A stretch of 32,000 bases of DNA. Source: Desulfotalea psychrophila LSv54 (GTDB taxonomy: Bacteria > Desulfobacterota > Desulfobulbia > Desulfobulbales > Desulfocapsaceae). The notes below the pieces were generated by a model, which searched no databases, was not told the origin of the DNA, and worked only from the letters and a program-made list of their open reading frames with translations. The translations under genes and the position numbers were made by a program. Below, in pieces: positions 1-9,767 of this stretch. The stretch is taken from the NCBI RefSeq assembly GCF_000025945.1, contig NC_006138.1, positions 2,970,001 to 3,002,000 on the forward strand. Reading direction: 5' to 3'. Each line of letters starts with the position of its first letter. Position 1 is the stretch's first letter.

Positions 1-1719
1 ACCCCACTCTTCCGGGGAGAGATCCAACTCTGCAAGTTCACGCTTAACACGCTCAACATCAGCATTGTCTTTATCAATTTTATTTACAGCAACAATGATT
101 GGCACATTGGCAGCCTGAGAGTGACGAATCGCCTCACGGGTCTGGTCCATAACGCCATCATCTGCAGCTACCACAAGGATAACAATATCTGTTACCTGGG
201 CACCACGAGAACGCATTTCTGTAAAGGCAGCATGGCCCGGAGTATCAACAAAGGTAACATCTCCTGAGGCAGCTTTTACATGGTAGGCACCGATATGCTG
301 GGTAATACCACCTGCTTCACCATCTGCTACATCGGTTTTACGAATAGCATCCAGAATAGAGGTCTTACCGTGATCAACATGACCCATAACGGTAACAACA
401 GGACAACGTCCTACCTCTATACCACCCTCTTCTGCTTCGGTAAGAAGTTGAATACCAAGCTCATCGGTAATACCCTGATCTACCTCATAGCCATATTCGG
501 TTGCAATAAGGGTCGCAGTATCGATATCAACAGACTGGTTGATGGTGGCCATAAGCCCAAGTCCCATCAATTTACCGATCACATCACTTGCCTTAACCTT
601 CATACGACCGGCAAGATCACCTACGGTGATGGTGTCATATACCTTAACATGCTTCTTACTCGCCTTCATCTCCGATGGTGGTAAAGTCTGAGCATCACGC
701 TTACCTCTTCTCGGACGTCTACCACGGTTCTGATAATCGGTTCCGAAGTGGGTAAATTTTACACCTTTTTTCCCCTTAGCCTTTGGACGGCTATCACGCT
801 CTGCAGGCTTCTCATCACGACGGCCCTTCTTCTTTCTGTTACGACTGTCATCCTGAGCAGGTGTAGCAGGTGCCGCTGGCTTAGGAGGTCCGCCTGCACT
901 ACGATTAGGTGACGGAGTACTTGGACGTGGGCTTCTATTAACCGGTGGCCTGGTTGGCTTTCTGCGAGGGCGAGAAGGCTCTTCTCTCTGAATAGGCAAC
1001 TCTACCCGACCAATAACACGGACACCTCCACTTCGATATGGCTGTTGAGCGGGTTTAACTTTTTTATCAGTACTGGCAGGTGTTGCTACCTTTTTACTGT
1101 CTACTGCTGTTTTGCTTTTTTCCACGGTTTCCGTATGTTCTGCTCGTTTTATTTCTGGGGCACCTGCTTTTTTCTCGTTACTGCCAGCACTCACTACCTC
1201 TGGCTTAGCAACAGCAGCACTTTCTTCTTTCTCAATGGTTGGTTTCTGTGCTTTCAACTGAGACTCTTCCTCTCTCTCTAAGGGGGCGGTAGGAGCCTCT
1301 TTGTTAGTAACGAGTTCCTCTACAACCGGGGCAACTTCTTGTATCACAGGTTCACTCTTCTCGGCCTTAACAGGCTCCGATTTTTTTACCTCTTCAGCCA
1401 CCACTTCTTTAGGTACCTCGACGCTTACCGCCTGTACCTCTTCTACAATTTTTTCTGGCACGACAGGTTCATCTACTTTCTTACCCCCAATTACAGTGGT
1501 AGGTCGATGCGCGGCTGCAGCTTCATTTGTCGCCTGCCCTGTGTCTTGCCCAGACTCTTTTGTGCCAAGGAAGGTACGTCGAATCTCATCGGCGGTAGCA
1601 TCATCTACGGTGGAGCTATGACCTTTGATTTGATACCCCTTTTTGATCAGCTTATCAGCAAATGCTTTACCGCTCATCCCTGCCTCTTTGGCCAACTCGT
1701 AAATCCTAATCCTGCTCAT
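1..1719 (-). CDS. infB: Translation initiation factor IF-2, N-terminal part (truncated by window edge)
   Basis: Minus-strand reading from ATG at 1719 gives [36 protein letters not shown], a typical IF2_N domain. It is followed by a charged/proline-rich linker and then a GTPase region at the window start. Located downstream of nusA-ylxR as usual. Confidence 0.95.
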   Translation of the reverse strand, partial: MSRIRIYELAKEAGMSGKAFADKLIKKGYQIKGHSSTVDDATADEIRRTFLGTKESGQDTGQATNEAAAAHRPTTVIGGKKVDEPVVPEKIVEEVQAVSVEVPKEVVAEEVKKSEPVKAEKSEPVIQEVAPVVEELVTNKEAPTAPLEREEESQLKAQKPTIEKEESAAVAKPEVVSAGSNEKKAGAPEIKRAEHTETVEKSKTAVDSKKVATPASTDKKVKPAQQPYRSGGVRVIGRVELPIQREEPSRPRRKPTRPPVNRSPRPSTPSPNRSAGGPPKPAAPATPAQDDSRNRKKKGRRDEKPAERDSRPKAKGKKGVKFTHFGTDYQNRGRRPRRGKRDAQTLPPSEMKASKKHVKVYDTITVGDLAGRMKVKASDVIGKLMGLGLMATINQSVDIDTATLIATEYGYEVDQGITDELGIQLLTEAEEGGIEVGRCPVVTVMGHVDHGKTSILDAIRKTDVADGEAGGITQHIGAYHVKAASGDVTFVDTPGHAAFTEMRSRGAQVTDIVILVVAADDGVMDQTREAIRHSQAANVPIIVAVNKIDKDNADVERVKRELAELDLSPEEWG

Positions 1720-1830
1720 TCGTTACTCCCGTATCCTTCCCATTCATCAATAAAATTAAGATCAAAACCTCAACCTTAATTCATGAGCCTGTAAAATATA
1801 CTTTAAACTTATAGCAGACAATTCGGGCAA

Positions 1831-2031
1831 CTACAGGCGAAAAATCCTTTTCCATCTCCTCTGCTGTTTCATCAACTGTTCAGAACAGTTATCCTTATCA
1901 CAACAGTATGCTCCACGCCCTTCCAGCACAGCCTTTTCGTCAAAAAAAGGTGCCTCACCACGCCACACAAATCGTCGCAAAGTCTGCTTTTCCTGTTTTA
2001 CACCGCAACTCACGCAGGTTCGCACAACCAT
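1831..2031 (-). CDS. ylxR: YlxR family (DUF448) RNA-binding-like protein
   Basis: 66 aa ORF MVVRTCVSCGVKQEKQTLRRFVW...GRGAYCC. The RTCVxCG and GRGAYxC motifs are characteristic; located between nusA and infB. Confidence 0.9.
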   Translation of the reverse strand: MVVRTCVSCGVKQEKQTLRRFVWRGEAPFFDEKAVLEGRGAYCCDKDNCSEQLMKQQRRWKRIFRL

Positions 2032-2039
2032 AGTCGACC

Positions 2040-3440
2040 CTATTGTTGCTGAGTTGTTGGTTCTTCTGGATCCTGTCCTGCTTCAGCATTATCTGTGATC
2101 TCTTCAACCACAACAGCCTCTTCAGAAGATTCAGCATCTACAGTATCAGCATTTATATTCTCAGCCTCACTCGCCTCTACAGAACTTATCTCTGTTTCCT
2201 CTGCTACAAATGGATTTGCCTGCGCATCCTTAACAAGAGCGGCCGCAAACTCCTCATTTATAGCTCGTAAAACGGTAAGATCAGCAATCTCAGTCTGCGC
2301 AAGAACAGCCGTTGAAACAATACCTCTTGCCCAGAGCTGATCGGCAAGACCTTCATCTATACCGTGAATTTTAAGTAAACTTTGGTATCCAGGATCCTGC
2401 AAATTAGCATAGCGTTGCTCGCTCTTTACATCAATACGACAACCAAGCAACCTTGAGGCTAAACGTACATTCTGGCCCTGTCTACCGATGGCCAAAGAAA
2501 GTTGGTCATTTGGCACAACAACAAGCAATGAGTTTCTCTCTTCGTCATTACGTACCATACTTACATGCGCTGGCGCTAAGGCATTGTAAACATACTTGGC
2601 AATATCTGGACTCCAAGTAACAATATCAATACGTTCTCCCTGCAATTCCTGTACAACATTCTGCACACGAGAACCCTTCATACCAACACAGGCACCTACT
2701 GGATCGACATCACTTTCCGAAGAGCTCACCGCAATTTTTGCCCGAAAACCAGGCTCACGACTCACACCCAGAACACGAACAATGCCCTCACTCATCTCAG
2801 GTACTTCCATCTGAAAGAGTTTTTCTAAGAACTCATCACATGTACGAGAAAGAATCAGCTGACAATCGCGACTGGTCTGACGGACCTCAAGCAGATAAGC
2901 ACGAATACGATCACCCTGCTTAAAGGTTCGCTTAGGAATCTGATGTTCTTTTGGCAAAATAGCATCGGTGCGACCCAGGTTAACAACCATATTGCCGCGT
3001 TCAAAACGCTGAACGATACCACTGACAACCTCGCCAACACGATCCTTATACATGTCATAAATAACATCTCGTTCGGCATCTTTCATGCGGTTAATAATAA
3101 CCTGTTTTGCCGATTGAGCAGCGATACGACCAAGATCAGTGATATTGGACATTTTTTCGCCAAGATCATCTCCCAACTGAACGGCTGGATCAAGAATCCG
3201 AGCGTCTTCAAGAGCAATCTCTGTCTGCTCATCCTCTATTTCTTCAACCACGGTTCTAAATTGAAAGACATCAACCTCGCCATACTCTTCATTATAGCGA
3301 ACTTCTATGTCACGACGGCTACCAAATTTCTTTTTAGCAGCAGACTCAACAGCTTCTTCTATAGCGCTGACCAATATTCCCTTATCAATTCCACGATCTC
3401 TACTAATTTGGTCAATTATGCGTTTTAAATCCGACAGCAT
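2040..3440 (-). CDS. nusA: Transcription termination/antitermination factor NusA
   Basis: 466 aa ORF with NusA N-terminal domain, S1 region (VGEVVSGIVQRFERGNMVVNLGRTDAILPKEHQI) and KH regions (DPVGACVGMKGSRVQNVVQELQGERIDIVTWS; LAIGRQGQNVRLASRLLGCRIDV), plus an acidic C-terminal tail. Confidence 0.97.
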   Translation of the reverse strand: MLSDLKRIIDQISRDRGIDKGILVSAIEEAVESAAKKKFGSRRDIEVRYNEEYGEVDVFQFRTVVEEIEDEQTEIALEDARILDPAVQLGDDLGEKMSNITDLGRIAAQSAKQVIINRMKDAERDVIYDMYKDRVGEVVSGIVQRFERGNMVVNLGRTDAILPKEHQIPKRTFKQGDRIRAYLLEVRQTSRDCQLILSRTCDEFLEKLFQMEVPEMSEGIVRVLGVSREPGFRAKIAVSSSESDVDPVGACVGMKGSRVQNVVQELQGERIDIVTWSPDIAKYVYNALAPAHVSMVRNDEERNSLLVVVPNDQLSLAIGRQGQNVRLASRLLGCRIDVKSEQRYANLQDPGYQSLLKIHGIDEGLADQLWARGIVSTAVLAQTEIADLTVLRAINEEFAAALVKDAQANPFVAEETEISSVEASEAENINADTVDAESSEEAVVVEEITDNAEAGQDPEEPTTQQQ

Positions 3441-3514
3441 ATCTCACTCCGTTACTCTAACGTTCAACTCCTGCATCGGGAGATTTATCTTTTTATGTCT
3501 TTACGCCCAGTAAA

Positions 3515-3970
3515 TTACAATACCAATCTTGCCTTATTCAGTTGCTCGATCCCACACTTCACAGCAATTTTTCCGTCAACAAGCAGAGATACTTCTCCAT
3601 CCTCGACAGGACCGATTATTCCCTCAAAGGTCTTTTCGCCATTAAGAGGTTCGTGCAATTTTATACGAGCTTTTTTACCCGCAAATCTTTCAAAGTTAGC
3701 TAAAGATTTCAAAGGACGCTCCACACCAGGAGAAGAAACCTCTAGGTGGTAAGCTTGTTCTATGACGTCTTCAACGTCTAGGTATTGGCCAACTTCCCGA
3801 CTTACCTGGGCGCATAGATCAAGTGTCACGCCACCTTCTACGTCAATAAACAGACGCAAAACCCAGCCATGTCCTTCACATCTAAATTGTATGTCAACAA
3901 GCTCTACATCCATGGACTGCAACACGGATGCAACATAGCCTTCTATTTTCTCTACAGCTGCCTCGCTCAA
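3515..3970 (-). CDS. rimP: Ribosome maturation factor RimP
   Basis: 151 aa ORF with ...GVTLDLCAQVSREVGQYLDVEDVIEQAYHLEVSSPGVERPLKSLANFERFAGKKARIKL..., typical RimP; directly upstream of nusA. Confidence 0.95.
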   Translation of the reverse strand: MSEAAVEKIEGYVASVLQSMDVELVDIQFRCEGHGWVLRLFIDVEGGVTLDLCAQVSREVGQYLDVEDVIEQAYHLEVSSPGVERPLKSLANFERFAGKKARIKLHEPLNGEKTFEGIIGPVEDGEVSLLVDGKIAVKCGIEQLNKARLVL

Positions 3971-4034
3971 GATTCAACCTCTACGCAGTGACCACACGTC
4001 TTTATATAATAACAATTAAATTACATGCAGGCAT

Positions 4035-4059
4035 AAAAAAAAGCGGGCAAAGCCCACTT
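4035..4059 (-). terminator. Intrinsic terminator-like hairpin upstream of rimP
   Basis: Minus-strand RNA: AAGUGGGC-UUU-GCCCGCUU followed by U-rich tract (A8 at 4035-4042 on +). The stem contains one U:G wobble that would be a mismatch on the + strand. Confidence 0.75.
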
Positions 4060-4131
4060 CCGAAAGCTCTCCCCAAGATCTGGAAAAAGTATAACACAAA
4101 TCACAGGATGTGATCTGCTACCGAACATACT

Positions 4132-4161
4132 TTAATAACCATAAACACCCATCTTTGTCAA
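4132..4161 (-). promoter_or_regulatory. Candidate sigma70-type promoter reading toward rimP
   Basis: Minus strand: TTGACA (complement of 4156-4161), 18 nt spacer, TATTAA (complement of 4132-4137). The -35 is perfect and the -10 matches 4/6. Confidence 0.35.
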
Positions 4162-4559
4162 GAAATAAGAGCGAGAAAGAATTCCACGAATTACCGGCTA
4201 TTTCATCGATATACATTTTTCTATCCAGCCCCCAACCCCTGACAAAAACAAATAAAAGAGCTGTTTTTAGCCGGTCACAAAAAAAATTCTCGTTGACTTT
4301 TACGGGCTCGCTCTTTATTAAATGCCAATATGACAATTCTATTTGATATACTTTTATCAATAAGCTCAGTACCAAGGCTCTATGTCGTCAGCTATCGGTC
4401 ATTTTAGCTCTCTGAAAAACAGCAGCACTGTATAAATTTGTGTTATTTTGTGTATGCTTGTTTTCTCCATCACAAGACTAGAGCCACGCACCCTGTATCG
4501 CCGCAAGGCATTTTTCCAAAAAAAATTTTCCGTAGCCCAAACAAGGATTTATATATAAT

Positions 4560-7022
4560 ATGACCACAAAAATACTTATCATTGCCGAGAAACCAAGTGT
4601 GGCAGGAGACCTCGCCAAGGTACTTCCTGGAAAATTCACCAAACAAAAAACACATTACGAAAGTGACAGCCATATAGTTTCCTATGCAGTCGGTCACCTT
4701 GTCAGCCTCTGCTACCCCGAAGAGATAGATCCGATCTATCAGAAATGGGGCTTGGCGAACCTCCCCATCCTCCCCGAATCATTTCCACTGAAGGCGGTGG
4801 AAAACACCAAGAGCCAACTTAACGCCCTAAAAAAGCTTATCCGCAGAAAAGATGTCACAGAGATCATCAATGCCTGCGATGCCGGACGTGAAGGTGAACT
4901 CATCTTCAAATATATTCTTAAGTACGTCTGGAATACGAGCGTTGCCAAAAAAACAATTAAACGCCTCTGGTTGCAATCGATGACCGCCGAATCCATCAAA
5001 AAGGGATTCAATAATCTGCGGGAAAACGACACCATGCAGAGCCTTGAAGACGCAGCCCTCTGTCGCTCAGAATCCGATTGGCTCATTGGCCTTAATGCCA
5101 CCCGTGCCCTCACCGGATTCAACTCCCGCAAGGGAGGCTTTTTCCTCACCCCCTGTGGCCGAGTGCAGACCCCGACTCTTTCTCTCATCGTCAAAAGAGA
5201 GGCCATCCGCAATGGCTTCACCCCGACAGATTATAACTGCCTCCAGGCAAACTTCAGCTTTGAGACGGGAAGCTATTCTGGCAAATGGATTGATCCAAAC
5301 TTCAAGAAGGATCCCAAGAACAGCTACCTGAGACAGGATAGAATCTGGGACAAGCAAAAAGCCCTGGCTATCTTGGAAAAATGTCAGCAAAAGCCAGCAA
5401 ATGCCACAGAGAACAGCAAGGAATCCCGGCAAAGCGCCCCCCAGCTCTTTGACCTCACAGCTCTACAGAGAGAGGCAAACTCACGTTTTGGCTTTTCCGC
5501 CAAAAACACCTTGGGAATCGCCCAAGCTCTCTACGAAAAGCACAAGGCCCTGACCTACCCAAGAACAGACTCCAGACACCTGCCCGAAGACTATGTAGAC
5601 ACGGTAAAAGAGATCACCCAAAACCAAACAGGCTGGGAATTCGCAGCCATTGCCAAAACAGCACTGAAAGAGGGCTACATAAAGGCACAAACCCGCATCT
5701 TCAATAACAAAAAAATCTCTGATCACCATGCGATCATCCCAACAAACACCCTGCCACAAAACCTCAGTGAGCCGGAATTAAAAATATACACAATGGTGGT
5801 CCAGCGCTTCCTTGCTATCTTCTTTCCACCAGCAGTCTTCCACAACACCAAACGCTACTCTCTGGTGGAAGGTCAAACCTTTTTAACCGAGGGGAAAATA
5901 CTCTTGGAGGCTGGCTGGAAGGTCGTCTACGCAGGGGCAGACGGAAGTACCGGCAAAGATAAAATCCTTGCGCCCATCCCTACAGGAAGCCCAGTCACCT
6001 GCAACAAAATCGAAAAAGAAGCACTGACAACCACCCCCCCCGCCCGCTATAACGAGGCGACCCTGCTATCGGCCATGGAAAACTCGGACAAGTTTATAGA
6101 GAACGAAGAACTTGCCGACGCCATGAAAGAGCGAGGCCTAGGCACACCGGCAACCCGAGCCACAATTATAGAGAAGCTGATCAAAGAAAAATACGTGGTG
6201 CGTGAGGCAAAAGATCTCGTCCCCACAGGCAAGGCCTTTGAACTGTTTTCACTTATCGAGGCAATGAAGATAGACACCCTCGCCTCTCCTGAAATGACCG
6301 GTGAATGGGAGTATAAGCTTAATCAAATATTTAAGGGCGAGATGACCAGAGATGATTTCATGCAAGAAATCCGTCAACTTACCCAACAAATAGTCGACAG
6401 GGTAAGAGACTTCAACACCGATGAAGAACGTAGCCTCGCCCCCTTCAGCCCCGTGGGAGAGACAGTCATCTACTCCACCCCTACAGCCTGGGTCTCAGAA
6501 GATGGGACAATTGCCATCAGGAAGGTCCTGGGTGGCAGACTCATGTCAAACAAAGAAATAGTGGCCCTGCTTGAAGGAAAGAGCCTCGGCCCCTTTAGTG
6601 ACTGGCGCTCCAAACGTGGCAAAAATTTTACCGCAACGGTCAGCCTCAAAAACAACAAGATTGAATTTATCTTTGCAGATTCAACGGCCGATCTCGACAT
6701 TGATAGCATTAAAAAACAGGAACCTCTCGGACTCTCACCCGTTGACCAAACGGCAGTTTTTGAAACACCTGTTGGCTATATGTCAGAATCAGCTCTTGAC
6801 GGAGAGAGCAAAAAAGGTTTAAAAATCAGTAAAGTTATCCTAGATAAAACCATCTCCAAGGAAAATATCCAACAGCTACTCACTGATGGAAAAACAGAAC
6901 TTATACAGGGATTTATCTCCAAAAGAAAACGACCCTTTGATGCCTATCTTTTAATGGACAAAAAAGGAAAAATAACTTTTGAATTTCCTCCCAGAAAACC
7001 AAAAAATAAGCCACAAGACTAG
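4560..7022 (+). CDS. topB: Type IA DNA topoisomerase, topoisomerase III (TopB)-like
   Basis: 820 aa ORF: MTTKILIIAEKPSVAGDLAKVLPG (Toprim), NACDAGREGELIF, SDWLIGLNATRALT, LTPCGRVQTPTLSLIVKRE, YPRTDSRHLPEDY active-site region. The C-terminus has two copies resembling the Toprim_Crpt repeat (LLEGKSLGPFSDWRSKRGKNFTATVSLK and LLTDGKTELIQGFISKRKRPFDAYLLMD). Confidence 0.93.
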   Translation: MTTKILIIAEKPSVAGDLAKVLPGKFTKQKTHYESDSHIVSYAVGHLVSLCYPEEIDPIYQKWGLANLPILPESFPLKAVENTKSQLNALKKLIRRKDVTEIINACDAGREGELIFKYILKYVWNTSVAKKTIKRLWLQSMTAESIKKGFNNLRENDTMQSLEDAALCRSESDWLIGLNATRALTGFNSRKGGFFLTPCGRVQTPTLSLIVKREAIRNGFTPTDYNCLQANFSFETGSYSGKWIDPNFKKDPKNSYLRQDRIWDKQKALAILEKCQQKPANATENSKESRQSAPQLFDLTALQREANSRFGFSAKNTLGIAQALYEKHKALTYPRTDSRHLPEDYVDTVKEITQNQTGWEFAAIAKTALKEGYIKAQTRIFNNKKISDHHAIIPTNTLPQNLSEPELKIYTMVVQRFLAIFFPPAVFHNTKRYSLVEGQTFLTEGKILLEAGWKVVYAGADGSTGKDKILAPIPTGSPVTCNKIEKEALTTTPPARYNEATLLSAMENSDKFIENEELADAMKERGLGTPATRATIIEKLIKEKYVVREAKDLVPTGKAFELFSLIEAMKIDTLASPEMTGEWEYKLNQIFKGEMTRDDFMQEIRQLTQQIVDRVRDFNTDEERSLAPFSPVGETVIYSTPTAWVSEDGTIAIRKVLGGRLMSNKEIVALLEGKSLGPFSDWRSKRGKNFTATVSLKNNKIEFIFADSTADLDIDSIKKQEPLGLSPVDQTAVFETPVGYMSESALDGESKKGLKISKVILDKTISKENIQQLLTDGKTELIQGFISKRKRPFDAYLLMDKKGKITFEFPPRKPKNKPQD

Positions 7023-7117
7023 ATATTGCAATAAGATAGAACAAAACTGCAACTAGAAGCTTATTATAAAGGGGTAACTAGTTATTGCCCTAAAAAAATT
7101 AGTAGCAAACAAACACT

Positions 7118-7492
7118 ATGAAACAGATAAAAAAAGAATTCCGTGACAAAAGCAGCGTTGAACTCGCTGAAATTTGTGCCCAGATTGCACTTGACAATAA
7201 GGCAGAAGATATCGTCATCGTCGATGTACAGGGCCGAGTAAGCTTTACCGACCAGTTCGTTATCATGAGTGGCCGTTCCACCCGTCACGTCCTGGGTCTT
7301 GCTGAAAATATAGAAGCTGCCTTTCGCTCCAAAAAGGTAAAGGCATCCACTGCCGAGGGTCTCGAAGATGGCATGTGGGTTCTCCTTGATTTTGACGATA
7401 TCATCGTCCATATTTTCTACTATGAACAACGTGAGTTCTATGATCTTGAAGGCCTATGGAATGAGGCTCCCCAAAAGAAAATCACCGAGTAA
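7118..7492 (+). CDS. rsfS: Ribosomal silencing factor RsfS
   Basis: 124 aa ORF: ...KAEDIVIVDVQGRVSFTDQFVIMSGRSTRHVLGLAENIEAAFRSK...EGLEDGMWVLLDFDDIIVHIFYYEQREFYDLEGLWNEA. Confidence 0.95.
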   Translation: MKQIKKEFRDKSSVELAEICAQIALDNKAEDIVIVDVQGRVSFTDQFVIMSGRSTRHVLGLAENIEAAFRSKKVKASTAEGLEDGMWVLLDFDDIIVHIFYYEQREFYDLEGLWNEAPQKKITE

Positions 7493-7524
7493 AAATAGGT
7501 AAACCGCTTTCTCAATTATTCTAC

Positions 7525-7559
7525 ACAGCTCATAATCCCTAAATGGACTCATGAGCTGT
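7525..7559 (+). repeat. Inverted repeat between rsfS and thrC (possible weak terminator)
   Basis: ACAGCTCAT (7525-7533) and ATGAGCTGT (7551-7559), perfect 9-bp arms with a 17-nt loop; followed by only a short T-rich run. Confidence 0.4.
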
Positions 7560-7608
7560 ACTTTATTATCTCCACACCTGGAAATAAAGATTATTAAAGA
7601 GAGTTTCT

Positions 7609-9018
7609 ATGCAATATTTTAGTACACGGGGCGAAACAGCACCTGTTTCATTTACAAAGGCTGTAATGATGGGCCTTGCAGAAGACGGCGGTCTTCTCCT
7701 GCCAAGGACAATCCCCAGGATCGGCAACGAGACCTTATCATCCTGGGAAAACCTGAGCTATGCCGAACTCGCCTTCGAGGTAATGTCTCGCTTTATCGAC
7801 GATATTCCTGAAAACGACTTAAAAGCCCTCATCAATCGCTCCTATGCAAGCTTTGAGGCAGAGGATGTCGCTCCCCTGGTGCATCATGGCGACCTCCATA
7901 TCCTTGAGCTCTTTCACGGACCCACCCTGGCCTTTAAAGATATTGCTCTTCAATTTTTAGGCAATCTCTTTGAGTACCTGCTGGAAAAAGACGACAAGGT
8001 GCTCAATATAATAGGAGCAACTTCCGGCGACACAGGAAGTGCGGCAATATATGGAGTAAGGGGCAAAGAACGAATTCGTATCTTCATCCTTCATCCCCAC
8101 AACCGAGTCAGCCCTGTCCAGGAAAAGCAGATGACCAGCATCCTGGATGACAATGTTTTCAATATTGCCATCGAAGGATCTTTTGACGATGGTCAGGCTA
8201 TCGTTAAAAAAATATTTGGCGACCTCGACCTAAAAAAAGAATACTCCCTTGGCGCCATCAATTCCATCAACTGGGCCCGGGTACTTGCTCAGGTTGTATA
8301 CTATATCTATAGCTACCTGCATGTACGTACCCACGAAAAGATGCCCTCCATGGATTTTACTGTGCCCACCGGAAATTTTGGTGATATATTTGCAGGCTAT
8401 ATCGCCAAGAGAATGCTCCCCGAAGGCGCCATTCGCCAACTTGTTCTCGCCACCAATCAAAACGACATTCTTAACCGTTTTGTTGGGGCCGGCGACTACT
8501 CCCTCAGCGATGTGGCCATGACCACCAGTCCTTCAATGGATATACAGGCGGCATCAAATTTTGAACGCTATCTCTACTACCTCATGGATAGCGAAGCAGG
8601 AAAAACCAAAGAGCTGATGGAACAATTTAGCCAGGAAGGCAAGATCGATCTCTCTGACTATCTCGACCAAATCCGTAGAGACTTCTCCAGTGTCGCTGTC
8701 TCCAACGAAGAGGTCTCTGAAACGATCTCCGACTTCTACAACAAGTACGACTATGTGCTCGACCCACATACTGCCGTCGGCGTAAAAGCTGCAGGCGACA
8801 AGTACACAGTTGGAGTACCCATGGTCTGTCTCTCTACGGCCCATCCTGCAAAATTCCCTGATGCAGTACATGATGCTATTGGGCGTGACCCGGAAGTTCC
8901 TCCATCCATCGACGGCATTCTCGAAAGAGAATCTCGTTGCCAGGTGCTGGCCGCAGATGCCAAGGTTATTGTTCAATATATAAAAGACAACGCAAAAACC
9001 GCACAAAAAGAGCAATAA
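7609..9018 (+). CDS. thrC: Threonine synthase
   Basis: 469 aa ORF: MQYFSTRGETAPVSFTKAVMMGLAEDGGLLLP...LFHGPTLAFKDIALQFLGNLFEYLL...NIIGATSGDTGSAAIYG (PLP-lysine region and glycine-rich loop). Confidence 0.96.
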   Translation: MQYFSTRGETAPVSFTKAVMMGLAEDGGLLLPRTIPRIGNETLSSWENLSYAELAFEVMSRFIDDIPENDLKALINRSYASFEAEDVAPLVHHGDLHILELFHGPTLAFKDIALQFLGNLFEYLLEKDDKVLNIIGATSGDTGSAAIYGVRGKERIRIFILHPHNRVSPVQEKQMTSILDDNVFNIAIEGSFDDGQAIVKKIFGDLDLKKEYSLGAINSINWARVLAQVVYYIYSYLHVRTHEKMPSMDFTVPTGNFGDIFAGYIAKRMLPEGAIRQLVLATNQNDILNRFVGAGDYSLSDVAMTTSPSMDIQAASNFERYLYYLMDSEAGKTKELMEQFSQEGKIDLSDYLDQIRRDFSSVAVSNEEVSETISDFYNKYDYVLDPHTAVGVKAAGDKYTVGVPMVCLSTAHPAKFPDAVHDAIGRDPEVPPSIDGILERESRCQVLAADAKVIVQYIKDNAKTAQKEQ

Positions 9019-9158
9019 GATTCAAACCGAGATCCCCCAAGCGCTGCTTGACTTTCTCAAATAGGTGCTCTACATTCAGATGACCTTTTGCCTCCCCATG
9101 GGGCGATTATGTGCAAACACTGCAGGGCAAAGGGTCACAATATTCTACTAACCAATCA

Positions 9159-9186
9159 TAGGCCTAATAGCATTTACAGGCCTATC
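9159..9186. repeat. Inverted repeat upstream of first tatA-like gene
   Basis: ATAGGCCT (9159-9166) and AGGCCTAT (9179-9186), perfect 8-bp arms, 12-nt loop, about 35 nt before the ATG at 9221. Confidence 0.4.
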
Positions 9187-9220
9187 AGATAAAGGTTTAT
9201 TCTTTGATAGAGGTATAATT

Positions 9221-9421
9221 ATGTTTGGACTTGGTATGCCGGAACTTATTGTTATCTTGGTTATCATCGTTATTATTTTTGGTGCAGGCAAATTACCGGA
9301 AATTGGCTCAGGTATCGGCAAGGGAATAAAAAACTTCAAGGAAGCCACTAAATCCGAAGAGGCTGCCAAAAAAATTGACAAGTCCGAGGAAAAATCCGAG
9401 GAAAAGCCCGAAGATAAATAA
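9221..9421 (+). CDS. tatA: Twin-arginine translocase TatA/TatE-like subunit (copy 1)
   Basis: 66 aa ORF: [42 protein letters not shown], with a single TM helix plus amphipathic helix (FGxxKLPxxG). Confidence 0.92.
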   Translation: MFGLGMPELIVILVIIVIIFGAGKLPEIGSGIGKGIKNFKEATKSEEAAKKIDKSEEKSEEKPEDK

Positions 9422-9462
9422 GCTTGTCCAGCTCTACCCAACCAAAGCCTATCCCTACACAA

Positions 9463-9488
9463 ACGCCCAGTGTCCTCTTGCTGGGTGT
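9463..9488 (+). repeat. Hairpin between the two tatA-like genes
   Basis: ACGCCCAG (9463-9470) / CTGGGTGT (9481-9488), 8-bp stem with one G:U wobble, no U-tract. Confidence 0.35.
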
Positions 9489-9512
9489 TCCCCCTAGCCA
9501 CGGAGTTTTCAT

Positions 9513-9767
9513 ATGTTCGGTCTCGGAGCCCCTGAGCTTATAGTTATTCTTGTTATTGTCATTTTAATTTTTGGTGGTAAAAAATTGCCCAAGCTTGGCT
9601 CAAGCCTTGGTCAGGCAATGAAATCTTTTAAGCAGGGCGTTAGTGACGTTGAAAAGGGCAGCAAAGACATTATGGGCGACATCCCCGGCGTCCAGGAGGC
9701 AACAGAGCTCAAGGAGAAGGTAGATCAGGTGAAAAACCTTGGCAAGGTGACAAAAATATTCAAATAG
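9513..9767 (+). CDS. tatA: Twin-arginine translocase TatA-like subunit (copy 2)
   Basis: 84 aa ORF: [42 protein letters not shown]; close homologue of the preceding ORF with a longer charged C-terminus. Confidence 0.9.
   Translation: MFGLGAPELIVILVIVILIFGGKKLPKLGSSLGQAMKSFKQGVSDVEKGSKDIMGDIPGVQEATELKEKVDQVKNLGKVTKIFK

Noticed and set aside
1301-1779. Overlapping + strand ORFs (1301..1621, 1339..1779) antisense to infB
   Set aside because: Low-complexity translations (Ser/Thr-rich, Phe-rich) are shadows of the infB linker on the other strand.
4100-4114. ATCACA-GGA-TGTGAT palindrome considered as a CRP/FNR-type binding site
   Set aside because: Half-sites are in the opposite orientation and spacing to the TGTGA-N6-TCACA consensus; retained only as a leader hairpin.
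4118-4375. 85 aa minus-strand ORF upstream of rimP
   Set aside because: No recognisable domain or convincing start context; region is AT-rich and more likely non-coding or leader sequence.
7082-7429. 115 aa minus-strand ORF
   Set aside because: Fully antisense to rsfS, which has clear family motifs.
8554-9015. 153 aa minus-strand ORF
   Set aside because: Antisense to the well-supported thrC; Cys/His-rich low-quality translation.
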